Assembly: GCA_000165425.1 (NCBI GenBank)
Contig: CT868068.1
Coordinates: 1 to 64,000, forward strand
Reading direction: 5' to 3'
Length of the DNA: 64,000 nucleotides
Origin: Paramecium tetraurelia
Taxonomy: Eukaryota
Below, piece after piece: positions 53,469 through 64,000 of the stretch. Under the pieces are notes generated by a model. It worked only from the letters and a program-made list of their open reading frames with translations, was not told where the DNA came from and ran no database searches. Numbering within the stretch: position 1 is the stretch's first letter; each line of letters starts with the position of its first letter. The position numbers and the translations under genes are program-made.

Positions 53469-55138
53469 ATGTCTAAGCTAAGCGAGAATCTGAGGATATT
53501 TCTTAGAGAACTTGATCAATTTGGAGTGGTGTTCAAACCAAGTATAACATCAGATAGTGAGTATAAAACAGTCTTAGGTGGAATATTGTCTATTCTACTT
53601 TATGGAGTTAGTTTGGGATATTTCATCTACTAATTTGTAATTTGGAAGGAGGGCGGGATGCTGCCGAAAATCACAGTGTCAAGTGAAGTAATACAGAACT
53701 AGCAAATTTATTTTGAAGAGCCTCTATTTTCAATTAAAATGAGAAAGATGAATGACACCTAGATAGATCCATTTAATCCTGAGAGTATCGTTATTCTTCC
53801 ATTAATATTCTAATATGTGAATGGATAATTAAGTACTACTCCCGGTATTCCCATTCTAAATAAGACAAATGATGATAATGAGTTCGTGACTATCTACTTC
53901 GAGAACATCACATTAGCCTTAAGTGAAGACAAAACAATCGAGTCTCCAGAATTGGAGTATATGATATTATTGATTGATTGTGTTCCTCAGCTGTTGGCGA
54001 ATAGCACAGAAATGAAATGTGCCAATGCAACTACCAGAAAGACCTTTTTCAATTAATCAGTTAATACACTTTTATTCACCACTTATGTCAAATAGTTTAA
54101 TGCTCAGCAAGAGAAGATCAACACATTTGGAAATGAAGTAATTGTTGCCTTGGATCCAACTTCTGTATATTTTTCAACGAGCACTTTGAAATTGCAAGAG
54201 ACTACCATAGACAATGGAGTGCTCTTCGAGAGTACTTATTAGAGAGACTTCATCCTGGATATATCAACAGCAGGTTAATAAGTCAATAGCAAGTTTTTTG
54301 CAAGTGTGATTAACTCTACTACCTACTTCATCAACAATTATTAATTGAACGGGATAAAGTCAGTTTAGTACATTCAATACCCAAAAATAAATGAGGTGTT
54401 GGCTGATACAGGATCGATAGTTTCTCTGCTTCTATTGACTTCAGCCTTTGTCATTATGACCAATCAATATTTCTTGGAAAGTGAGGCCATTTCCTAGGTA
54501 ATCAACATGTTCTATCCGAATCTTAAATATTTAAAGTATAGTAAGAATTGGTATGGCAAAGTTGTCAGAGTTTAATTGTTAGGTCGGAATTTGAACATCG
54601 ATAAATTTAACTCTCAATATGGCAGGCTGAAAGAAGTAGCTCAAACGAAATTGACAATTACCAATTAAATCTATGAGATTTCAAGGATATAGTTCATTTT
54701 GTAATCCATGATAGAAAGATCCAATTTTAATTTCTCCCATAGGATTGGAATCAAGGAAACCAATTTCATTGAGGTCACTAAGGAGGAGAGTGAAAATGAT
54801 AACCAAGAAGGGGAGATCTTTAAGGATTCAAAAGTGGTAAGCAATATAAATAATTGTAGATTCCATCCAATGATAGTAAACTCGAAATCTCATAACAATA
54901 ACATTAATAGAGGCAGCAAACTATTTACCCAGATCACTCTAGCAATACCATTCTGCCAAATGAAATTTAAAAAGTCGAGATATTTTAATAGTTCAAATCT
55001 GAAAATCAGAATTTGAATGATAAATTGTTTAATTCAAAGGAGCTCAATGATTTAGATTTTGAGTTGCTAATTTGTAAGAAAGATAAAACTGATGCTTAAT
55101 AAATGCCTTAGTTTTTTGAAATCAATAAAGTCACATGA
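53469..55138 (+). CDS. Two-TM protein with large extracellular loop, tandem paralogue 1
   Basis: LDQFG...YKTVLGG, TM1, ~250-aa loop with N-glycosylation sequons and a Cys pair, YPKINEVLADTGS, TM2. Intron 54837-54859. Confidence 0.85.
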
Positions 55139-55153
55139 TATTTATAATACTTT

Positions 55154-56775
55154 ATGATTAAATTACTTTAAAAGTTAGATCAATTTGGAGTGGCATTCTA
55201 ACCCAGCATCAAATATTCAACATCTCAATATAAGACATGTTGGGGAGGAATAATGTCTATTTTACTATACGGGTTGAGCTTGGCTTACTTAATTTATATT
55301 ATAATCTAATGGAGAACAGGGCAAATGCTACCAAAAATAACTACTTCCTCGAAACTGGAGAACAACGAGCATTTTGAACTTGATGAGAAATTTGTAGAGG
55401 TTCAACTGAGAAAATTTGGTTATTCTAAGATTGATCCTTTTAATCCCGATGCCCTTATTCTTCAACCTCTTTTCTATGTTTTTAAGAATGGTATTCCCTT
55501 GAATAAACCCATTGTTCCATTATATCAAATTACTACCAAAGAAGATAAATTTCATGTCATAAGTTTTTCCAATTTATCTTTATCTATAAGTGAGATAAGA
55601 AATGAAGCATATCCAGAATATGAAGTTATGCTTACTTTTGGAACTTGTCTTGAAAGCTATTTATAGGAAGGCTAAAATTGTGCAAATGAAACAGTTATCG
55701 AAGAATTTAAAAAGTAATCAACAAATGCGCTCATTGTAAAGTATTTTGCCAAAGAGTTTAATACTTAGACGGAGGGTCTGGAAACTATTGGGAGGGAATA
55801 AATCATTCCCTTCCAAGCTAGTAAAGTATATCAGACACAGACCTATATTTAAATTACTAAGACAACTGTGGATGTGGGATTTTTATTTGAATCCACAATT
55901 GATTATAATTATATAAATGAATATCGTGTGGTTGGTGCCACTCTAGAATTAGAATATTATAATGGATTGTTTGGATATGATGTTTATATGGCATTCCTAT
56001 ATAAGATAGACAATGTTTAGATAGAAGTTTCAGTTGCCTATACAAAAATCAGTGAAGTTCTTGCAGAGGCAGGATCAATAGCATCCTCTCTACTGATACT
56101 ATCCTATGTGGTCATTTTTTTGAACCAAACCTAATTGGGATTCGAAGCAATCAATAATGTTATTTAGATATACTATCCACAGTTCAAGAATATAAAAATA
56201 ACAAAGAATATTTTTGGATAAATCAAAAAAGTGGAAAAAAATGGAAAGTAGTTGGACTTATAAGCCTTTAAAAATCAATATCAAAAATTGTGCCACATTA
56301 GTGAAATCAAATTGACCATTTCAAATTAAATCTATGAAATATCTAGGCTATAGTTCTTGATATAAAATCTCTTGCCATCAAAAATAATTCAACAAATTCA
56401 CCATTAGGGAATACCATTCCAATTCCAATACACTGACAGTAATAAGGAAGAGTAATTGAATATCAATAAATTGGATTGTAGTCTCAACTAAGATTACTAA
56501 TTCAAATTAAATTCTATTGTATTTATTGAGATTATAAATAGCTTCCAAATAATGCTAGTCCTCATATCATTAAAAGCAGTGAAGTTCAAACTATCTCGCA
56601 AAATGATTCCAAATTGATCCAGAATACATAAAAGCTGCAAGAAAATAATAATCCTATCACACAAATAAAATAATTTAAGGACTCAGACTTCAATCTATTG
56701 ATTCATCCAGAAGTTGAGTAGGATTGCAATACATATTTGAATCATCCTGATACAAAGATTTTATCCGATTAGTGA
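55154..56775 (+). CDS. Two-TM protein with large extracellular loop, tandem paralogue 2
   Basis: LDQFG...YKTCWGG, LPKITTS, IDPFNP, CAN, YTKISEVLAEAGS and NQIYEISR. Intron 56519-56541. Confidence 0.85.
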
Positions 56776-56838
56776 TTTATTATATTTGTTAGTGTGATAT
56801 TAATAAAATACTGTATAAATTATAATTTATTACTAAAA

Positions 56839-58449
56839 ATGTTGAAGCTTTTAGAAAATCTTGACTAATTTGGAGCAGCATTTTAACCAAGCTTCAAGTA
56901 TTGGAAATATCAACACAAAACAGCAGTCGAAGGCATTATGTCAATCGTCTTGTATGGTTTAAGTTTTGCTTATTTAATTTATTTACTAACTTAATGGAGT
57001 TAAGGATAAACACTGCCTAAAGTTACAACTACTTAGAGAAGCATTAAGAATTATGTGTATAATATTAATGAAACTTATGTTCAATTTGAAACAAGAAAAC
57101 TTTCATTATCTATTATTGATCCATTCGATCCAAATGCTATAGTGTTATAACCTATTGTTTATATTTTTTAAAATGGAATGATTATCGATGAACCTTAAGC
57201 AGTCAATTATCCAATTTAAAGAAAGGAAGGATTTATAGTGTTAAATATATCAAAGTTGTCGCTTTAAATAAGCGAAGAGAGGTCGGATGAGACACCAGAG
57301 ATTGAGGTGATGATTGCATTAGGATAGTGTTAAAAACTCTTCTTACTAGAGGGATATAGTGTGCAAATCAAACTATAATAGATGGCTATTTCTCGCAACC
57401 TGCTAATTCTCTGCTACTTAGACAATTTGTTTAGGAGTTTAATACGAATGGTGAAGTCTTAGAAAATATAGGAAGAGAATAGTTTATTAGTATTTAACAA
57501 AATTACACATTTTAAATTTAAACGTTTGTTCGTATGTAGGAGACTACTGTTGACACAGGAGCCTTGTTTGAATAGATGCAACAATATAATTTTATAGTAG
57601 ATTATAGAATGAGCAATTCTATTTTAGATTTAAATTACTTTGGGTAGATTTTAACTTATAATGTCTATATGACCTTGTACTATAAAATAGATAATATCTA
57701 ATAGAAACAAATAATCATATATCCAAAGTTAAGTGAAGTGTTGGCAGAGGCAGGTTCTATAGCATCCACTTTATTGTTGATATCTTATTTAGTTGTAATT
57801 CTAAATGAGAGTCAATTATATCAGGATGCAATCAATTATGTAATATCTTTGCATTTTCCTGATTTTGCTTAGGTCAAGATTAAGAAGAATATCTTTGGTT
57901 AAATTATTTAAGTTGAAAGAGATGGGAAGTAGTTGGATTTAAATGCATTTAAGACCCAATATTCTAAACTGAAGAGGATAAGCCAAATCAAATTATCGAT
58001 TTCAAATCAGATATATGAATTATCAAGGATTTAAATAATCTTGCAAACTATCTTTTCATCTCAATTTATGAGTTAATCCCATTAAAAAGGAATACCACTT
58101 ACAACCTCATATTTAGAACCTTATAAAGAAGAATAGCACAGTATAGTTAAATTAGAAATGAATATAAATTAGGAAAATCTTCTCAAACAAAATTAAATTG
58201 TAATAAAATTAAATAACAAAGATACCTGCGTCAGTTGATAGTTTAATTGAGAAGAAGATCTAACAAGAAGGATTCCAATTGAAACAATAACCATGTTAAT
58301 AAGATAACTCAAAAGGCGAGGTGTGTTAAGCATTCAATTTAAGAGATAAGCTTTAATTATCCTATGATGTTCTGCTATAAGAGTCTGATTTTGATTTACT
58401 GACTATGCCAATTCAAGACTCGAGTGATTAGGATAATAAAATTAAATGA
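56839..58449 (+). pseudogene. Two-TM protein tandem paralogue 3 with a 1-nt frameshift (pseudogene or assembly error)
   Basis: Same motifs as paralogues 1 and 2, but homology continues only after a -1 shift at ~57358-57360. The conserved GG is EG. Intron 58200-58221. Confidence 0.65.
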
Positions 58450-58465
58450 TTTTACGAGAATATGA

Positions 58466-60593
58466 TCAAATATCAGCTCCACAAAACATACATAATAAAT
58501 CTGAATCTTCCGTTTGATCTAAAATAGCCTACTTAATTGCAGAGAATGGAATTTCCTCATGAGGTTCTTTGCCTACCACCTTAAATATCAATCTTGTATA
58601 ATATTCACAAAGCATATCCAAAAAATCATCAGTATTCTAAATGTATTTTGCCAAACAAACTTTAGATAATTGATAGATCTCATCCCAACACAATTACCCA
58701 TTCCCATCTTAATCAGATATTTAAATAAAAAGATCTAACTTTTCAATTAATGTTTTTGCCCTTATACTAACCATCAATTTCAAAAATTCATTCCAATTCA
58801 AGAATCCACTATAGTTAAAATCTATTTTGTTGAAAATTTCCTATGCCAGAAACTCACTTTACATGAAAATCTAGTATATCCCTGTTCTATAGGTGTCATA
58901 ATCAACCCCATCTTCTACATTGTAGTATCGATATCTCTAGGATGTAATTTGTTATAATGCACAAAATAAAATGTAAGTGTTATGCAACTCATATCTCGAA
59001 AAATTAGTGTCTTTCAATATTTTGGGAATTCCTTGAATAAATAATTCCTTATTGATATTCAATAATTTATGCAAGCTTCCTTTCTTAGTTATTAGTTCTT
59101 ATGTGTTCTTCTCTATAAAATTGGTTGAATTTCTTATTTACTCCTTTTGGTCATTGTTAAAATTAACTTCAGGGGCTTCGTCAGCACAAATATCGGCTTT
59201 TCTATGCAAGAACTTCTTTAATAGAGGTTCCAGAAGTTGAGCAGCCTATTAAATTTGACTATGTAATAAATGTAATAATACTTTTCTATAAATCTTTAAC
59301 TTGATACTTATTCTACGTGAATAGCCATCAAATCTTCATTTTGATTATCATCCTCCTTAAACTTGATTTTCTTCAATTCTTAATCATACCATCCTTCAAT
59401 CTTTTCTAACTTCTCAATCTTAGGATTCTTTACTATATAATCTGTTGACATATATTCTTGATACTAATTTTTTTACTTTGTAGTCTTGTTAGTTCTACAC
59501 ATCTAGTTTATTATTGGTGTGAAATTAGAATTTCTTTTGATTTCAGCATATGAATGTTTCAATTCCTTTGATGTCAAAAACTCTTAAGTGATTTCAATCT
59601 CCTCAGGCATTGTTTCTATTCTATATTCTTGATCCACTGCTTGATAATTCTAATAAATAAGTGTGTTTATTATGCCATCAACGTGATGTGAATAATCAGG
59701 TTCTGTTCTTCTTATTGATTACTCGCATTGGTGTTATTTACAACAATTCTCAAGGTACAATAATTAAGGATTGAATATTTCCTTGTAGACTGTAGAGGTC
59801 GAATAAATAAGAAGACTCTAATTGATTGGAATATCAAGATGAGAGTAAATGGGGGTTCCATCTTTCAAATAGAAATATAATTTCTTGGAATTAATCTTCA
59901 GTCTGAAGTGTCACATAATTTACAATCATACCTATTTTTAACCACGGCCACAAATTCTTAGAATAAATGCTTGTCCTTAACAGAGTGATCAGGTACATAC
60001 ATAAAGATATACTACAAAGTATTTGTGTTCAGATACAACTAATTTACGATGACTATCTATTTCATCCTAAGTTATCAAATAAGGATATACCCATTTTATT
60101 AAACAAAAAATCGGCAGTCTTAATCAGTGGTTGTTTTAATTCTCTAAGAATGTTGAGATGTGATTATTTGTCTTTGGCAAACGTTCTCTTGTAAACGGAA
60201 TCTAGAATAACTCTTAACCAATTTATTATCTCTTTAATTCTAATCCTATTGTAAGATTCCTTTGTGAAATTTTATTGTTTCTTAATATTTTGTTTCTTGG
60301 ATTGTGGACTCTTTGACTTCAGGCCTTCTTTCAAAGTGTCGAGTTATTAGAAAAGAGGGAGGCGTCTCCCTTGATGAACTGGGTTGGTTCCTAAAGAATA
60401 ATTTCTGAACCTAAATAGTCTCTTATTGATTTCTTTATTTTCTGTATTATTGATAAGAAGATTTACAAGATTTGTGAATAATCTCGTGAGTGCTATTACT
60501 AGATTTTTTAGGGCTTTCAAATTAAGATTTCATGATTTTTCTTACCAATGGCTATGTTTCGAACTCTTTCATTGAAGTTACAGAAGGTAACAT
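58466..60593 (-). CDS. Large protein with C-terminal NCS/calcineurin-B-like EF-hand domain
   Basis: TNFSRYEL...; EF loops DFNYSGFLNWNE and DQDGNGQLCWDE separated by EKLDLFIQI. Several tiny introns. Confidence 0.8.
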
Positions 60594-61101
60594 GATATAA
60601 TATTAAATATATATTGAAATAATTAAAATCTGAATTCACTAATATTTTTTAGAATTAGATCTCTATGTTAAGTAATCATTTACTTAAATGATATATTCAT
60701 AATACTCAATCTTACAAAAATAGTGTTTCTTAAAATTCCAAAGAAAATTAATTAAATTACATTATAAAATATATCAATAACATATATAGCAATATCTACG
60801 TTAATAATAATTCTTAAATAGAGTTTTGTGATAAGATCCAACCTTCAACTAATAAGATATTACTTAGATGATAAATTATAAAAGAATTCCCCATCATTCT
60901 CTTTTATCAGAGAATAAAAATTTGTACAAGTATTCAGATATATATATTATATATGTATCGTTCTAAATTAGCTACTGAATTAAAAATCTATAAATCAGGA
61001 TAAGAGGCTTGCAACTAATAGAAGAGGGAGTTGTTTGGAGTGAGAAATTTGTATAATTATTAAATAGAATTAATCCACTTTAAATATAAATCACTGAGTT
61101 T

Positions 61102-62701
61102 TCATTCAACATTGCTTCTTTTTTATAATGGAGGTTTTGAGGATCGGATTCGCCGGGTTGTCGAGAGCTCTTGCTATGGTTGATTCAAATTCGTTGATAT
61201 TTAATTAGCATTCTTACTCTATGGGATGTTTAATGGTTTATAAATGTCTTTATTAAATTATGGTTTTCTTCTCAAAAATATCGAGTTCTCTAGAAGTTTT
61301 GATTGACTCAAAGAATTATCAGTTATTGGTAAATTTGCTTAATATTTCTTTATAGTCCTATCTAAAGATCTATGCAAAGTAGGTAAAAGGAGTTGTTCTT
61401 TCTTCTGAGTTTATGTGATTTTCTTTAATTAATCACATGAATTCCTTTCTCTCCTTTTTTCTTTTATACTCACTTTGAATTACGAGACTTTATTCGAACC
61501 AATAGATGCAGAATCAGCATTAGACAGTTTTTGAGCTTTTTCACCAGAATTAGAAGCATTTTTGCTTTTGGTTCTGGGATTTCTGCTCAACCTAAATTGC
61601 TGTTTCTCCACTGGTGTTGTTGGGTTTTTCGATGAATTTCTAATCGGAGGAGTAAGGATTGGACTGTTTTTTTTAAGGTACTAAAGTAATGATAGTGCTT
61701 TGATCAAGATTTTAATTTTGGAGGAGATTGTATGAGCTTTCAAAATTTCAATAAAGGTTAGTGGTTAATCATTTTTTCCAGTAATCCATGGATGCTCCAA
61801 ACATTGATCCACATTTAATCGATCTTCTGGATGATAGGCAATTGTTTTAAGAAGGAAACTCATTGCCTTTTGGCTGATTTCAGAATTCCAATTCCATTTC
61901 ATCCAAGTAATCTTCTCAGTATAAGAGGAAATGTCATCCATTTGTTAGAAAAAAGGATGTTTGCCTTTATTTAATAAATTAAACACCACAATTCCCAAAG
62001 CCCAAATATCAATACTCTAAGCAGATAACATAATATTTTTACTCTATTGTATCTCTTTTTCTAGATTTATTCAGGTGCCATATACAAAATAGTTCCACAA
62101 TTCTCACTCATGAGTCCTGAACCATCTATGTGTGCCAATTAAGCTGATAATCCAAAATCTATCAAGGTTACATGCAAATTCTCTGGATCAATCATGATGT
62201 TTTCTAGTGTTGGTATTGACATTTACCAGGTTTAATATCCCTATGGATTATATCCTGCTAGTGTAAATATTATATGGCTTCAAGTATCTGCTTTGTTATA
62301 CAAACAACAGTCTCGTTGTCCAATTAGTTCCTTTGATATTATGACAATGTAACTCCATTAATGAGATCCATGGTTATAAAAAGCTTATTTTTTGTTTCCT
62401 TACTCTATCAATAAGAGTTCAAACATACAAAAGAAACACGCACGATATTCGCATGATTTAATTTAATTAGAAGTTGAGCTTCTTATCTCAAAATCTCTAT
62501 TTGCTAAGAAGTAAAATGAACTTTGTCAATTATTTTTATTGCTACTAATTTATTTGACATATTCAGAGCCTCAATCACAGTAGAGAATGCTCCTTTCCCG
62601 AGAATCTTAAGAGGTTTATATTATTAAATAAAGCCTTAATGCATTTCACCTTAGTCTAATAATATATCAAGTAAGTTCATCACATCATTTTATTGTTTCA
62701 T
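61102..62701 (-). CDS. Ser/Thr protein kinase (CAMK-like) with basic low-complexity tail
   Basis: LGKGAFSTV, VAIK, HRDIKPEN (across an intron), DFG, CGTILYMAPE, DIWALG and HPWI. Three introns. Confidence 0.93.
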
Positions 62702-63014
62702 TTATTTATTATTTTTAGATTTTATTATTAATTTTACAAAATTACTTCATTGCATTAATATTATCAAAGACATTTAGATTATAATAAATTCTACTCTCCT
62801 CTTTCCTGTTGAAAGGTGAGTGCGACATTTAAATTCTTGGGATTAATGTAAATTAATTTATTATTTATTGGTTGTCTCTTTAAAAAGAAAAGAAAGAAAA
62901 CTTACCCTCTTAAGATGAAAAAATTGATTGATTAAGCTTCTAAATCTATCATTTAGACTTAAACCATCATATAACTTTATTTAATAGTAAAACAATTAAA
63001 ATTATTATAATAAA

Positions 63015-64000
63015 ATGTTGTAAGAGGTATAAGTGTTTTTTATAAGCCCCCTCTCATCATCTAATAGGATAAATGACGAATCCTTATAAAGTTACAAGTA
63101 TATACAATATATGGGATATAATAAAAATGCATCTATTTTATGTTCCCTAATACATTATGCTTTTAATAAACAAATTTCAAGAATCCTAGAGAGTATTCTT
63201 CAGCTGATTAATACCTTGAAGAACTAAACAATTTACACTGAATTTGTAAAATTAATCAAATAAACCAAATTTGAAAAGAACCATGTATAGAAATTCTTTT
63301 AAAATCTCTATCTGATAGACCAGAACAATGAAATTGCTGGAAAACTACTTTTTGATCTTTGCAAAAGTAAGGATTGGTTGGATGGTAGTTAAATAGCATA
63401 CAATCAAATAGCGAAAGAATTTTAGTTGAGGATTTCTATTTATAATTGCAATGAAGTTTATGGAATCTAATTCAAAGAAACTATCGATCTGATGGTTGAT
63501 GCTAATAAAAAATTCTATTTTCTCATCTCAGAACCAATATTTAAGAACATAGAGAAAACATAATGTCCCTAATGCAAAATAAAATCGGAATTTATTTTAT
63601 TGACTTGCAATCATAAACATTGCTATAAATGTTTACGAAAGAAATCTTAAATTGAGAATATCAAATGCCATTGTGGAAAAATATGTTATAAAAAAAATGT
63701 GTTGCATTGCTTATAAAACTTTGACAAAGTGAAAGAGTATAATGAAATGAGTAAAGTTTTGTTAAAATATTATGAAAGTGCAAATTCATCAGTTGCACTT
63801 ACAGATCAACAATTATCATTAGATAGAAGTAGAAGATATCATGCAAATCAAGATATTGAACAAAAGATTGCACCTACAGTTGAACCTCTATATGAATGTA
63901 GTATATGCTCAAAAAAGTCTTAAAGTTAATTATTAGTCTTAGAAGACTGCAAACATCAATTTTGTTATTATTGTGCATAGTAATATAAATTACAAAAAGA
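63015..64000 (+). CDS. Multi-RING-finger protein, truncated by window end
   Basis: Open frame from ATG 63015. RING-like CPQC...TCNHKHCYKC...KCHC and a second CSIC...DCKHQFCYYC. Confidence 0.75.

Noticed and set aside
14101..64000. Ubiquitin-system gene cluster (TRIM-like, USP, proteasome, p62-like, RBR, Vps36, RING)
   Set aside because: These families are abundant in ciliate genomes and are interspersed with unrelated genes, so chance is sufficient.
1..64000. CRISPR arrays, transposons, telomeric repeats, retained IESs, rRNA
   Set aside because: I saw no repeat-spacer array, transposase or RT motif, or G3T3/G4T2 tract. TA-bounded IESs cannot be identified without MAC/MIC comparison.

Overview
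AT-rich, gene-dense eukaryotic DNA with the signature of a Paramecium-type ciliate macronuclear chromosome. TAA/TAG read as Gln, TGA is the only stop, introns are tiny (21-28 nt, GT..AG) and many intergenic gaps are under 100 nt. The supplied standard-code ORF track therefore breaks real genes into fragments, so I re-translated by hand with the ciliate code. About 32 protein-coding genes are supportable. They include a cyclic-nucleotide-binding K+ channel, a divergent SHMT-like PLP enzyme, a paraoxonase, a RING-B-box-coiled-coil-LRR protein, scramblase, RhoGDI, a USP, lipin, a PH/START-ORP, proteasome alpha7, an 8-kb P-type-ATPase/guanylyl-cyclase fusion, a cytochrome b561-b5-reductase fusion, a p62/NBR1-like protein, alpha-tubulin acetyltransferase, an RBR ligase, Vps36, Prp4, EF-hand proteins and a kinase. 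The best candidates for new biology are: (1) a tandem trio of two-TM, large-ectodomain proteins with DEG/ENaC/PAC-like topology and a shared DxxLL tail motif, the third copy frameshifted; (2) the SHMT paralogue that has lost folate-dependent catalytic residues; (3) the single-polypeptide transmembrane electron-transfer chain. No rRNA, tRNA, CRISPR array, telomeric tract or transposon could be supported. All calls come from manual translation and motif recognition, not database searches.
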